In this document: in pieces, positions 1 to 10,828 of the stretch | Layout: the number at the start of each line of letters is the position of its first letter | Numbering within the stretch: the first letter of the stretch is position 1 | Source: Candidatus Latescibacterota bacterium | GTDB lineage: Bacteria > Latescibacterota > UBA2968 > GCA-2709665 | Assembly (NCBI GenBank): GCA_965226795.1 | Contig: CBDDDZ010000005.1 | Span: forward strand, 2,688,001 to 2,752,000 | DNA: 64,000 bases | Direction of reading: 5' to 3' | Notes under the pieces: model-generated | What the model was told of the DNA's origin: nothing | Database searches by the model: none | The model's input: only the letters and a program-made list of their open reading frames with translations | Made by a program: the position numbers and the translations under genes

Positions 1-713
1 CGCTGAGGATCCTCGGGAAATCCCGTACACCCCAGCATCCGCCGGGACCCGAACGCCTCGTACACGGCCTTGACATAGGGATAAACGTCCTCGTGCGGCC
101 ATGGCTTCGCGGAGATCCCACTGATCCGTGTGGCCTTCACGAAGAGATTCGGGTATTTCGCCGCCTCCAGCAGGAGGCGGAAACTCCCGTCCAGACCCTC
201 CGAAAGGAAGGGCTCGCCCAGATGATCCACAATCAAGTTCACCGCGGGAAATCTCTGCAACATCGGCTCCAGCAACGGAATCTGATGGCAACGGCCGAAC
301 CATGTGAAAGGAACCCGCAGCCTGCGGGCCGTCTCCCAAAGCGTATTCTGATCGTGGCGTGACAACCAGGACGCGTCCTTATCCTTAACCGGATACAACC
401 GCATCCCCTGCACCCCATGTTCGCGGTGCAAACGCTCCATCTCTTCAGCAGCGCCCGGCTTCAAGGGATCGATCAACGCCACCCCGTGCAGACGGTCCGG
501 AAACCGGCGCATAGAGTCGCACATATAACTGTTGTCATACCCGTGATACATACATTGAATAAGCACGGTGCGGTCGATGTCATTGAGATCCATGAACCCA
601 ATGAGATCTTCGACAAGGCCCGGATACTTGGGCCGTTGTGTTGACATTTCGTCGTTGTGGGTGAACGGCGGCGACCCCATGGTCCACACGTGCACGTGAG
701 AATCGATTCGCAT
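1..713 (-). CDS. Amidohydrolase family protein (amidohydro_2 / sugar lactonase-like), runs off the left edge
   Basis: Not in the ORF track because it has no stop in the window. My translation from ATG at 713 reads MRIDSHVHVW...LIVDHLG...YPNLFVK, with the DxHxH and DH metal motifs; purine-rich RBS upstream. Confidence 0.85.
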   Translation of the reverse strand, partial: MRIDSHVHVWTMGSPPFTHNDEMSTQRPKYPGLVEDLIGFMDLNDIDRTVLIQCMYHGYDNSYMCDSMRRFPDRLHGVALIDPLKPGAAEEMERLHREHGVQGMRLYPVKDKDASWLSRHDQNTLWETARRLRVPFTWFGRCHQIPLLEPMLQRFPAVNLIVDHLGEPFLSEGLDGSFRLLLEAAKYPNLFVKATRISGISAKPWPHEDVYPYVKAVYEAFGSRRMLGCTGFPEDPQ

Positions 714-793
714 GTTCTCCTTCCTCTCAATAACGCGCCAGAACTTCGCCTTCAGGCCCGATCATCCAGATCTGGATCAGAAGACGCACTGAC

Positions 794-1702
794 TCAAGCC
801 CCGTCTGCCAGAACGCGATCACACAGGGCATCCAGCGTGACCCCGACGGTTTGCATCTCCATCTGTTTGCAGTTATCCCGGATGGATCTGAGTATCAACT
901 CCAGGTTCCGCCTCGCAGGATGCTCAAGATCGGAATAATCCTGATCGTTGTGAGTATCTGTCACAATGACGGGAAACCGGGGCATATCGGCCAGAAAACG
1001 ATCCAGCACGTTCTGCACAATCGCCCCGTGGTCGTACCCGTATGGCACATACGACCATTCGTATCCCCGTTCGCCCGCGTGGCCCTGTTGAACCGGCCGG
1101 TCGAACGCCACGGAAGCCGGCACATTGATGAAATCGCTATCCCCTGCAATCAATCGACATTCGTGATGCGCCCGGTGGGGGTAGGGATCCGCCCCCTCCC
1201 ACACGCTATGGTGTCCGGGGAGGACCCGCCCCGGGTTTGACAGGCTGCCGCCCGCAAATCCCAGCTCGTTCAGCACACCAAACGTCTTATCATTGGCTGA
1301 AAAGTAGCCCGCCCTGAAGTAACGGGGCGGGCTACCCAGTGCAAATTCCCACACCTGCATCGCCTCGCTGACTATCCCTGACTGTTCTCCGGCGGAATAT
1401 GCGCCGAGGTCATATTTATATTTCGCGCCTTTAAGCTTGTACGGATGTAAATGCAGCCCCAGACACGCGCCGTGCTCCCGCAGTTCAAGAAGCAGTTCCG
1501 CATTCTCGGATGCGACTTCCGGATGCACGAAGAGCGTCACCGGAAACCCGTTCGAGGCTGCCGTTTCGACATAGACACGGATCGACCGGCCGCTCTCCAG
1601 ATAGTCAACAGGGCCGCTGCCCGACATCCGGATTGCACAGGGCATCAGGTCCGATCTGGCGGTCTCGCAGTCCATCGTCAGTAGCACGTAGACCGTCCTC
1701 AA
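794..1702 (-). CDS. Polysaccharide deacetylase (CE4/NodB-like) family protein
   Basis: TMDCE, VTLFVHP, LGLHLHP and FRAGYFS motifs; TTG start with GAGGTG RBS. Confidence 0.75.
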   Translation of the reverse strand: MRTVYVLLTMDCETARSDLMPCAIRMSGSGPVDYLESGRSIRVYVETAASNGFPVTLFVHPEVASENAELLLELREHGACLGLHLHPYKLKGAKYKYDLGAYSAGEQSGIVSEAMQVWEFALGSPPRYFRAGYFSANDKTFGVLNELGFAGGSLSNPGRVLPGHHSVWEGADPYPHRAHHECRLIAGDSDFINVPASVAFDRPVQQGHAGERGYEWSYVPYGYDHGAIVQNVLDRFLADMPRFPVIVTDTHNDQDYSDLEHPARRNLELILRSIRDNCKQMEMQTVGVTLDALCDRVLADGA

Positions 1703-1765
1703 ATCGCACCTCTACCCGACGCGCCATCAAGCTTAAACAACCTGCGCAACAATACCGGTTCCGCT

Positions 1766-2656
1766 TTATCCGCGCCAATCCAGGTCGATACTGGTATAGC
1801 CATGCGTATATTCTTGCAGATGGTCCGGCAAATTCTCCAGAAACCATCTGCCGGACTGTGGAATCTCCCACGGAACATCGATTCTGTGCTTGCGGTCTCT
1901 GAACCCGATGGCACACGACAGTCTTGTCTCCTCCAACCGGTTGGGAAACGCACCATGGTACGTCCGGTGAGCAAACACAATCATATCCCCGCCCTGTGTA
2001 AACAACGGCACAAGCCCGGGAATCTCAAACCCGGCATAAGGTCGCTCTTCCTCGCCCTCGGGGTAAAACGACCGCCTGTCCGCCGTCATCCTGAACCCCT
2101 CCGGCCCTTCCCAATCTTCCACATGGGAATCTTCAATGACACACAATCCGCCATGAACCGGGCGCGATCCCGTCAGATAAAACCACTTCCCCGACGGCCA
2201 GAGACCGCGATTCAAGATATCACCCGAATTCTTGTTCTCCGCCGAGTACCCGCACCAATCCGTATGCCACGCCACAGACTGAGACCCCGACATCCGGATG
2301 ATCGCAGCCGACCGATGTACGGTCAGCTCGTCCGTACCGATCAAATGCCGATGGATATCCATGAACGGTTCATACTCCAGGAGCGCCCACGCTCCCGGTC
2401 CGGACTCAATCCACGCATGGCGTGTAAGGCTCTGACCCGGCGCCAATGTGCCCTCCGGGTCGGTGCCGTCATACACCGCCTGCTTGAGCTTTTCAACCCT
2501 TTCCGGTGGCAGCGCATCTTTGATGATTGCAAACCCATGCGCCTCCAGACATTCGCTCATTGCGTCCAGATTCTCAATGCCAAACTCGTACCGATATCCG
2601 GTGTCGGGCTTCTGAACGTGTGAATAATCTTCCATCGCTCTATCGCTCTCGTTCAA
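1766..2656 (-). CDS. Phytanoyl-CoA dioxygenase (PhyH) family Fe(II)/2OG oxygenase
   Basis: HGFAIIKDAL N-terminal motif, WHTD (HxD), GGLCVI, distal HGAFPN...R. Confidence 0.85.
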   Translation of the reverse strand: MNESDRAMEDYSHVQKPDTGYRYEFGIENLDAMSECLEAHGFAIIKDALPPERVEKLKQAVYDGTDPEGTLAPGQSLTRHAWIESGPGAWALLEYEPFMDIHRHLIGTDELTVHRSAAIIRMSGSQSVAWHTDWCGYSAENKNSGDILNRGLWPSGKWFYLTGSRPVHGGLCVIEDSHVEDWEGPEGFRMTADRRSFYPEGEEERPYAGFEIPGLVPLFTQGGDMIVFAHRTYHGAFPNRLEETRLSCAIGFRDRKHRIDVPWEIPQSGRWFLENLPDHLQEYTHGYTSIDLDWRG

Positions 2657-2781
2657 TGTCTTTCCCGCCAGGCTTGTTTACGACCCGCACCTTCGAACAC
2701 GTCGCAGAGGTTCGGGACAACGGGCACCAATCGTACGGCAACGTGATCTCCGCGCATTGGGAGACGTGACAAGAAAGCCTC

Positions 2782-3591
2782 TCAGTCCCCAACAGCAGTG
2801 CGCATCATTGGATCCGCCGAACTCAAGTAATGGTCCACGGTATTCCGTGTCGCCGGCCGGGTACGAAAATCGGCAATCCACGGCTCACGAAAATAGGCTT
2901 GCTTCTCTCCCGGCAGATCGTCCAGCACTTCGGGAGGCACACGCAGCCGGTGCCAGTGTGTTGCCAGGTGCGAATAGGCGTGCAAGACGGCAATACGTGG
3001 TGTATCGCGGGTCCACTCGGGCCCGACGTGGCACACATTCTCGGTAAAAAAGATGGCACTGCCGGCCGGGCACGCGTATCCCATCAAGAAGGGGCTTCGC
3101 TCACCCGGCTCCATCGAAAGATGATCCGGATGCATTTCAAAATTCGCCTTATGGCTGCCGACGATGAAATGCGTGGCTCCGTCTTCCGGTTGCACATCCG
3201 TCAATTCGAAAACCACACGCACCATCCCCGCGTGAATGCGTCCGTTCTGGCACCGGTATCCAAATATCGGATCAATCTGGCTGGGCCCGCCTCCGTGAAG
3301 CCCCCCGCCGTGGGACTCCCCTTTTTTACGCCATACGCAGTAACAACCTTCCATTCGAATCTCGGGCCCAATGACCTCGTGCAAGACCTCCACGACCTTC
3401 GGGTGATCGATCAACACACTTGACGGCCCCCCCGGAACCGTACGATGTTCGGGCGGCAGTGCGTCCGGATCGTGTATGATGCGATCAATCTGCTCGACAA
3501 TGGATTCAATCTCATCCTGATTCAGAATGGCAGGACGCACCAGAAAGCCCGTCAGATCAAACCGAAACTTCTCTTCATCCGTCATGCCCAT
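2782..3591 (-). CDS. PhyH-family Fe/2OG oxygenase with HxG in place of HxD
   Basis: FRFDLTGFLV, LHGG, DGATHFIVGSHK, FFTENVCH. Start moved to ATG 3591, which has a GGAGG RBS. Confidence 0.85.
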   Translation of the reverse strand: MGMTDEEKFRFDLTGFLVRPAILNQDEIESIVEQIDRIIHDPDALPPEHRTVPGGPSSVLIDHPKVVEVLHEVIGPEIRMEGCYCVWRKKGESHGGGLHGGGPSQIDPIFGYRCQNGRIHAGMVRVVFELTDVQPEDGATHFIVGSHKANFEMHPDHLSMEPGERSPFLMGYACPAGSAIFFTENVCHVGPEWTRDTPRIAVLHAYSHLATHWHRLRVPPEVLDDLPGEKQAYFREPWIADFRTRPATRNTVDHYLSSADPMMRTAVGD

Positions 3592-3636
3592 CTGGATTCC
3601 TCCGGAGTTTGGTTTGCTGTTGGCCCAACCTACCGA

Positions 3637-3664
3637 AATATATACAAACACCCTTCACGCGCAA
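3637..3664 (-). promoter_or_regulatory. Putative sigma70-type promoter TTGCGC-16-TATATT for the PhyH run
   Basis: Hexamers and spacing read directly, about 45 nt upstream of ATG 3591; same hexamers as at 53463-53490. Confidence 0.5.
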
Positions 3665-3784
3665 ACTCCCTTTAAAGCGTCCCGACCCAGGACCGGAAAA
3701 ACCTTTCAGAGAGGCACCCAAATGTTATCTTGTTTTCGAATGGGAAAGCCAGAAAGGGCATTTGAGAACAATGGAGGTGGCAGG

Positions 3785-6304
3785 ATGGATGACTTCGATA
3801 TGCAGCAATGGATTCACCCGGCCGGTTTCGTGGATGTGGCAACCCTGGTGGACATCAAGCAGAAGATCCGATCCCACGACTGGGCAAAAAAGGCCGTCGG
3901 GGAATTGAGGGAGAGTGTGCAGCCGTGGATGGCGCAATCCCTCGACCGGATCGAATCCCTGATGCCGAAGCGGAAGATGCAGGTGTACTGGTTGCTGATA
4001 TGTCCTGTGTGCCAGGGGAGGCTCGGGTTTGATCCGTTCAACGATCGTGAAGCCACGTGCCAACGGTGCGACGAAGCCCACGCGCTCAGTCAGCAATCCA
4101 CCGCGGTACATCTGACCGGCAAATACGCTGGCACTTTGTACGAAGGCTGGGGTTGCTACTACATCCAGGCGATGGCAACAACGGCGCAGCACCTCGCGCT
4201 CTTGTATGCTCTGGACGCGGATCGCTCGTACGCGGAACGTAGCGCCGGGATTCTGAAACTATTCGCGAAACACATCCAATCCCTGCCTGTTCAAGGGAGC
4301 GGCACCCAGCATGTGATCTGGACCTATAACATGGAGGGCGACTGCGTCATCGTACTCGCGCTGTCGGAAGCCTATGAACTCCTGAGATCCACGGACGGCC
4401 TCTTTACCGCGCGAGAACACCTGCAGATTCGACGGGATCTGCTCCAACACTGGGCAGACGCGGTCTTTCGCGTTGAAGATGACAGCAGCCCGCGGCACAA
4501 CGGCATGTTCGCCTATCTGAGTTCCGTAGCGATGGTGGGCTGCGCCATCGAGAGCGCGGACTATGTGAACTGGGCTTTTGGCCATGGGAAATATGCTTCT
4601 GAACGGCGCCCCAACCACCGCGGCATCCGCTGGCTCACACGGAACAACTATCTGGCAGACGGGGGATTCTGGGGTCTGTGCAGCGCCTACCATCTTTATG
4701 CTCTCGGTCCGAACTGCCGCGCACTCGTACTCGGCCACAGGCTATCGCGCCAGATGCCGGACCTGTTCCCGCCGGAAATCTATGACGAATTACACCCAGG
4801 GAGCTCCAGTTACCGAGCAGTTCGCCGGGCCATCAAATGGTTCACATCACAGGCATTTCCGGACCTGACCGTAGCGCCAACAGGAGATATGGGAGGCCGC
4901 GCGAGCCTTGCCAGCTATCCGCTTACGGCCGAAATCGGATATCGCTACCTGAACGTTGACGAAACCGGTTCGTACCGCGAACTGCGGGAGGGTGACAGAG
5001 GATTGACCGGACTCCTGTTTGGCGCAGACACGATTGAGAAAAAACCTGTGCCCTACCGGAGCGCCAACCTCTCCAGCGGCTACGTGGCACTGAAACGGGA
5101 AGCCGGCGGCAACCGCCTCTACGCCGGCCTGAACGCGCTCCTGCCCGGTTCCGGACACGCCCACGCGGATCGACTGAATCTCATCACCTACTCGCACGAC
5201 CGGATGCTGACCGGCGAGAAACGTACCCGCTACGAAGATCCCGACCAGCGTATATACAGTGGGGCGTCATACGCCCACAATACCGTAACGGTCGATGAAA
5301 CGTCCCAGGTTCACGGGGACCGACTCAGGAATGAACAGGTTCCACGTGTCCAAACATTTGTCGATCTTCCCGCAGGCCAGGTGGCCGAGGCCCACGGAGA
5401 CGGTATCTATGAGCAGACGACGATCTACCGGCGGATCGTTTGCCAGTTTGACAGGTATCTACTGGATATCTTTCGCGTCCAGAGAGGGAAAATACACGAC
5501 TGGTTTTACCACGGTATCGGAGAGACACCAGAGATCCGGCTCGCCATGAAAGACCTAACCGGATTCGATCCGGCGCTCTATATTGTCCGGGGCGAACACG
5601 AATACAAGGAGGGTCTGGCGGAGGAGGCTTTCGCCGCAACGTGGCGTATACCAGGCGATCCCGAATCCTCTCACCACGGCAGGCGAAGAGACATGTTTTC
5701 CAGGGTTACGATGTCGGGTTCTCCGGGTCAGATCGCATTCCTTTTGAACACGTATCCCGACCCCGGAAGACACAGCCTTATGGTTCGCCATCGGGAGACA
5801 AGCGCACCCTTTGTGGCCATTCACGAGGCTTTTACCAAGAGACCCGTAGCCACCGACGTTCGAATGCTACCGGGGAACGCCGCTGCTGTTGTCCATATCG
5901 CACACGCGGACGGCGGAAGTAGGCAGGCGATTTACGAGACCGGTTCGGGGCCGGAAGGTCTCGGGCTGGTCGGCCGTTTCGCCTCAATTTCCCGCGATCC
6001 TGCCGGGCGGCCGCGGAGCGTTATACTGGTCCACGCGACGGAATTCAGTGCCGGCGGAATCCGAATACGGTCGGGGCGGCCCGTGACACTGTCGGCCGTT
6101 TTCAAAGACGAATCGATTCAGCTGGTATCCTGTCCGCCGTTGGCCTACGAAACACTGGAGGGCCAACCTGTCTACAGAACAGGCCACGATACCGAAGTAC
6201 GTATCGACATCCCGCAGGACGGATCGCGATCGGGGGATCGCATACAGACCCGGCTGCCGGGACAGGCAGACAGCGGGCCCGTGTGCATCGAGTTATCGCG
6301 ATAA
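3785..6304 (+). CDS. Heparinase II/III-like / oligo-alginate lyase-like polysaccharide lyase
   Basis: Helical N-terminal domain with HN and YH motifs; C-terminal GHAHADRL...AHNTVTVD. Start moved to ATG 3785 (GGAGG RBS); no signal peptide. Confidence 0.8.
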   Translation: MDDFDMQQWIHPAGFVDVATLVDIKQKIRSHDWAKKAVGELRESVQPWMAQSLDRIESLMPKRKMQVYWLLICPVCQGRLGFDPFNDREATCQRCDEAHALSQQSTAVHLTGKYAGTLYEGWGCYYIQAMATTAQHLALLYALDADRSYAERSAGILKLFAKHIQSLPVQGSGTQHVIWTYNMEGDCVIVLALSEAYELLRSTDGLFTAREHLQIRRDLLQHWADAVFRVEDDSSPRHNGMFAYLSSVAMVGCAIESADYVNWAFGHGKYASERRPNHRGIRWLTRNNYLADGGFWGLCSAYHLYALGPNCRALVLGHRLSRQMPDLFPPEIYDELHPGSSSYRAVRRAIKWFTSQAFPDLTVAPTGDMGGRASLASYPLTAEIGYRYLNVDETGSYRELREGDRGLTGLLFGADTIEKKPVPYRSANLSSGYVALKREAGGNRLYAGLNALLPGSGHAHADRLNLITYSHDRMLTGEKRTRYEDPDQRIYSGASYAHNTVTVDETSQVHGDRLRNEQVPRVQTFVDLPAGQVAEAHGDGIYEQTTIYRRIVCQFDRYLLDIFRVQRGKIHDWFYHGIGETPEIRLAMKDLTGFDPALYIVRGEHEYKEGLAEEAFAATWRIPGDPESSHHGRRRDMFSRVTMSGSPGQIAFLLNTYPDPGRHSLMVRHRETSAPFVAIHEAFTKRPVATDVRMLPGNAAAVVHIAHADGGSRQAIYETGSGPEGLGLVGRFASISRDPAGRPRSVILVHATEFSAGGIRIRSGRPVTLSAVFKDESIQLVSCPPLAYETLEGQPVYRTGHDTEVRIDIPQDGSRSGDRIQTRLPGQADSGPVCIELSR

Positions 6305-6475
6305 CGCGTCCCGATCGTCACATTCCCCACGACCTAGGCCCGACCGGACTGGAGCGGATCTCGTGCGATCCACGCTACGTCGGCATGGGTCAACACGCAG
6401 CGGGGGGATGAATTTCCCCTATCTGAAAAAGTGGGGCACCGTTAAAAGCGACCTCGTTCCAAACGAAAAAACCCT

Positions 6476-7444
6476 TCACTTCCTGCTGCCGCTGGCATCC
6501 GCTATTTTCGGACTGCCCGGTCCGATGGTATTTCGAACCGCGAAATAGTCTTCGCGTGACAGTCGCTTCCCTCCCGCCCCCACAGCCTCGGCGATCTGAT
6601 CCGGTGTCTTGATTCCACAAATCGCCACGTGAATCGCCGGATGCATCAGCGTGGCCGACAGCACCAACTGGTATATCGTGAGGCCGTTTCGCTCGGCAAT
6701 CGGCCTCAGGGCCTGCACCTTTGCACACAACTCCTTGAACCGGTCTCCCCGGAAGTCGGTATGATTGATCCGGAAGTCGTCAAACGTCTCTCTTCCTGTG
6801 TACTTCCCGCTGAGCAGTCCCTTGTGCATGGGCGAATAGATCATCACCCCGATATTCTCCGACTGACAATAGGGCAACAGATCGCTCTCCCCGGCCGGCT
6901 CGATCAGACTGTACGGAGGCTGAATAACGGAGTAGGCCCCGAAGCGACGCTGCGCACGGCATTGTTCGACAGAATGGTTGCTCAGCCCGTAACATCGAAT
7001 CTTCCCCTTGTCGCGAAGTCCTTCCAGGGTTCCCGCGATATCGGCAAGCGGCGTCAAAGGGTCGTACATATGCAAAAGGTACAGATCAATGGTCTCGATA
7101 CCCATCCGTTTGAGCGACACGTCACAGCGCGCCACAATGTGTTCGGGAGAAAGATCCGGATACCGTGAACCGTCGGTATTGAAGTGGTTGAATACTTTGG
7201 TCACCAGTACGACTTCGTCCCTCGGCAGATCCCTTACGACCTCACCCAGTACAGTTTCGGCATAACCGTCCCCGTATGCCTCTGCGGTATCGAAAAAGTT
7301 GATTCCGCGGTCGAACGCGAACTTCATCGCAGCCATCGCGTCATCCTTCGACTGCGGCCCCCAGAACCGGGGACTGAGCTGCCACGTGCCGACGGAAATC
7401 GGCGATACCGACAGGCCACTTTCCCCAAGCGTGACACGGTCCAT
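6476..7444 (-). CDS. Aldo/keto reductase
   Basis: GINFFDTAEAYG, IDLYLLH, GLSNHS, YSPMHKGLLSGKY. Confidence 0.95.
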   Translation of the reverse strand: MDRVTLGESGLSVSPISVGTWQLSPRFWGPQSKDDAMAAMKFAFDRGINFFDTAEAYGDGYAETVLGEVVRDLPRDEVVLVTKVFNHFNTDGSRYPDLSPEHIVARCDVSLKRMGIETIDLYLLHMYDPLTPLADIAGTLEGLRDKGKIRCYGLSNHSVEQCRAQRRFGAYSVIQPPYSLIEPAGESDLLPYCQSENIGVMIYSPMHKGLLSGKYTGRETFDDFRINHTDFRGDRFKELCAKVQALRPIAERNGLTIYQLVLSATLMHPAIHVAICGIKTPDQIAEAVGAGGKRLSREDYFAVRNTIGPGSPKIADASGSRK

Positions 7445-7516
7445 TCCTATTCCTCCCGTAGTCGACGTGCATTCTGGCTCATCGCCAGGTAACTCTGGTG
7501 AACCCCGGCGGATCCG

Positions 7517-8593
7517 CTATCCCGTCACGTGGACACCCGCTTCTTCCATTGTACCAAGGCCCAGACCCTTCAGGTCCGCCAGCGTGTCTGTTTCCTCCGC
7601 CTCGTACAGTTTCCAGATTACCTTGAGTCCTTCAAGGCTGGATACGGGATCGGTCAACGGCTTTTGCCCGGTCTCGATACAATCGATAAAATGCGCCATC
7701 TCCACTTCCGTGGGTTTGGCATGTTTTTCCTCCAGCAACACGATCTCCCGCTGTCCGGGGTCGTGCTCGCCGGGCACGTGTTTCTCAACGTCACCCAGGT
7801 ACACTACCCGCCCCGTGCGGAGATGGAGTTCCACCATCCCCTTCTCACAATGTGCGTGGAAGGAATATCCAAGCCGGGTGCCCCGAGCCCCCCAGGTGCC
7901 GAAATGATATCCAAGGATGCCGTCCTCAAACTCGATGCACACATTGCTCGTTCCCTCTCTCTCCATCCACGGCGTTCCTCGATTGGTGCCCAGGTGTACT
8001 CCCTTCACCGGTCTGCCCAGCATCCACAGCATCAGATCGACATAGTGACAGCCGTGGCTGAAAAACTGGCCGCCGCCAAGTGTACCTGCCCTGCAGTGCC
8101 AACTCTCCGGCGCGCGCTGCGTATGCTGCTCGGTCCAGATCGACAACTGGAAGACGTCGCCAAACATCTTTTCATCCAGCACCTCTTTGAATTTCAGAAT
8201 CAAAGGGTGAAACCGCATACAGTAGGCCACCATCAGAACCCTGTCGTTCCGTCGAGCGGCTTCGATCATATCCTGGCACTCCCGCTCGCTGTTGGCCATA
8301 GGCTTTTCCACCAGCACGTGCTTGCCCGCATCCAGGCAACCCACCGTAACCGGATGGTGAAGATGGTGCGGCAGCACCACAAGCACGGCGTCCACGTGAT
8401 CCAGGATCTCTTCATATTCCGCCGCAATCACTGGCTCATTGGGGAAAACCTCCGCAACCGCCTGCGCCCGCGACAGATCAATATCCACTACGGCCGAAAT
8501 CTCCACGCGGTGCAGGACCTCACTCATCCGGCTGGCATGGCCCCGTGCCATTCCGCCACATCCGATAATTCCCACCCTTGTTCTCCGTGCCAT
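7517..8593 (-). CDS. Gfo/Idh/MocA family oxidoreductase
   Basis: GIIGCGGMA Rossmann motif and GKHVLVEKPMA. Start moved to ATG 8593. Confidence 0.93.
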   Translation of the reverse strand: MARRTRVGIIGCGGMARGHASRMSEVLHRVEISAVVDIDLSRAQAVAEVFPNEPVIAAEYEEILDHVDAVLVVLPHHLHHPVTVGCLDAGKHVLVEKPMANSERECQDMIEAARRNDRVLMVAYCMRFHPLILKFKEVLDEKMFGDVFQLSIWTEQHTQRAPESWHCRAGTLGGGQFFSHGCHYVDLMLWMLGRPVKGVHLGTNRGTPWMEREGTSNVCIEFEDGILGYHFGTWGARGTRLGYSFHAHCEKGMVELHLRTGRVVYLGDVEKHVPGEHDPGQREIVLLEEKHAKPTEVEMAHFIDCIETGQKPLTDPVSSLEGLKVIWKLYEAEETDTLADLKGLGLGTMEEAGVHVTG

Positions 8594-8927
8594 CGTCCCT
8601 TCCTCCGTTTCTCCTCGATCCGATGCCAATTCCTCATCATCCAAAACGACTGGATTCCCCCAACATCCTGATGCCCCTGTCCTTTTGCGCATTCAGATGA
8701 AAGATACAAAGCCGTGCGGATTCGATCTTCTCGCACTTTCGTATCTGCCGGATCATCCGCTCCGGGATCATCTCAACGACGCTACCGGACCGCCCGATAC
8801 CCGAAAGATAGAATATTCCGGTCAATTCCGCCGGCCGACCACCGGTCGAACAACGCACGCCTGATATCATCGGGACCGACCTTTCCCGCAGGAAACGCCA
8901 TGCCTGGATGGCACCTGGCAGCGATCT

Positions 8928-9965
8928 TCATGGCCCTCGTCCGTCGTCCCATTCGAAAATCACTTTACCCGTCTCTCCGCTATCGAAGATTGCGAATGCT
9001 TCCCTCGCCTGCCCAATGTGAAAGCGATGGGTCACGATTTCGTCCAGCGGGACGCGGTGCGTCTGCAAGAACGCGACGGCATCGAAATAAGCGCCCATCG
9101 AGAACACGGAATTGCCTCTGAGCGTCAGTTCTTTTCGAAGGATATCCATAAAATCGATTTCAAGCGACTCAGCGCCGGCGCCCACGTAGACCACCGTCCC
9201 GTGCAACCCCGCAACCGCCGCCGCCTGTGTGCGGGCGGTGCCACTCCCCGAGCACTCCACAACCCCGGCCGCACCATGTCCACCTGTCAGATCGCTGATC
9301 GCCTGAACCGGATCGGTCTGTTTTGCGTTTATTACAACCCCGCCGCCGATACGCTCCGCCAGATCTATCCTGTAAGGACTGATGTCCACGCCGAACGTCC
9401 GATATCCCATCGCCTTACCCATCAATAGTGTTGTCAGACCCACCGGCCCCAATCCGAACACCACAAGTGGATCGCCATGACGCTTTGATACCTTGTTCAC
9501 TGCCGAGAACGCCGTTCCTGCCGTACAAGCCAATTGCGTTCCAACGGCAAACGAGAAATTGTCCGGCAATGGCATGCAGTACCGAGCGTCCGTGACCATG
9601 TAATCCGCGTGAGCACCGTCGCGTGTCCGGCCAAACGCCCCCTGGTCCGAACAGAACACGGGCGTGCCGGATAGACAGACCGCACAATGACCGCACCCCA
9701 CGGTGTGGTAGACACAGACCCTGTCGCCCTCCGACACATTTTCAACATCCGCACCCACCTCGGCCACAACCCCGGCCGGTTCGTGGCCGGAAATCATGCC
9801 CTTCCTATCGCTCGCCCACTCCCGGCTGCTATGGTACTTGTGCAGATCGCTCCCGCACAACCCCGCCACCCTCATTTCGATAACCACGTGTCCCGGGCCC
9901 GGTTCGGGCCTGTCGAAATCCTGAACTTCCACTTCACTTTCGCCGAGATACACGACACCTTTCAT
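8928..9965 (-). CDS. Zn-dependent medium-chain alcohol dehydrogenase (Tdh/sorbitol DH-like)
   Basis: GLCGSDLH, GHEPAGVV, CGHCAVC...C, FGLGPVG. Start ATG 9965. Confidence 0.95.
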   Translation of the reverse strand: MKGVVYLGESEVEVQDFDRPEPGPGHVVIEMRVAGLCGSDLHKYHSSREWASDRKGMISGHEPAGVVAEVGADVENVSEGDRVCVYHTVGCGHCAVCLSGTPVFCSDQGAFGRTRDGAHADYMVTDARYCMPLPDNFSFAVGTQLACTAGTAFSAVNKVSKRHGDPLVVFGLGPVGLTTLLMGKAMGYRTFGVDISPYRIDLAERIGGGVVINAKQTDPVQAISDLTGGHGAAGVVECSGSGTARTQAAAVAGLHGTVVYVGAGAESLEIDFMDILRKELTLRGNSVFSMGAYFDAVAFLQTHRVPLDEIVTHRFHIGQAREAFAIFDSGETGKVIFEWDDGRGP

Positions 9966-10289
9966 ACTCCATCTCCCAACGATCGGATTTCTCAGTGAAT
10001 TAAACGCGCCTTTCGCAGGCAAACGACTTTTTCGGCTCGTTTCTGCGTTCCCCGTTCCCGTACGGGGTCGCAGTCTGCAATTGAATTCTCCGGTTCGATT
10101 GCCTATCTTTGTTCGTCAAGGCGCGGAACAAATGGGCAAACCACCGCTTCGGATTTCGGATGCGATTCATTGCAGCCATGCCCCGGAAGTACGCCATGAT
10201 ACTTCCAACCCGGATCCGATGCAAGGAGACATTGCACGGGAATACCGAACGTGCGGCTGTGCCCCACGGGCCGCAGGATCCTCTCAACG

Positions 10290-10438
10290 ACGCGCCCGTC
10301 GAATGGGCATTCTTGCGACAGGCCGAAAACTTCGTTGGCGCCCTTCAGGGCCGGCAATCTCTGCTTGCGCCCGGAGAAGACTGTCTTCGGGACGTCGAAC
10401 TGATGGAGGATGTCTTTCGTAAAGTCCGGACATCGTAG
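10290..10438 (+). pseudogene. C-terminal remnant of a Gfo/Idh/MocA-like oxidoreductase
   Basis: EWAFLRQAENFVGALQGRQSLLAPGEDCLRDVELMEDVF resembles the terminal helices of Gfo enzymes; no Rossmann domain upstream. Confidence 0.5.
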
Positions 10439-10495
10439 CCGCTCACCGCAACAGTTCACGGGCGAAGTCAATTTCAAGCACCGCCCACTAACACG

Positions 10496-10828
10496 ATGCA
10501 GCCGATCCCTTTCCTTTCCAACGTCTCGCCGTCGCGCATCAGGGAACTCGCCGACGTGGCCTTTGGCATGGACCGTGTCCACAGGCTGCACTTCGGGGAA
10601 TCCGACCTCCCCACGCCACGTTACATTGTGAAGGTCGCTGTTCAGGCAATGTCCGAAGGATATACCTTTTACACCGAGAACGCAGGTCTGCCCGGCCTTC
10701 GTGAAGCTCTGGCCGAAAGATACGCCGACGTCCACAACGTCCCTCTGGCCTCCAGCGACATCCTCGTTACGGCCTCCGGCGTCCAGGCGGCATCAGGCCG
10801 ACGATCTGCAGGCAGCGGGGTCCCGTAG
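10496..10828 (+). pseudogene. N-terminal fragment of a class I/II (aspartate) aminotransferase
   Basis: LHFGESDLPTP...YTENAGLPGLREALA...ILVTASGVQA; homology stops near 10790, about 100 of roughly 390 aa, with no PLP lysine. Confidence 0.85.
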
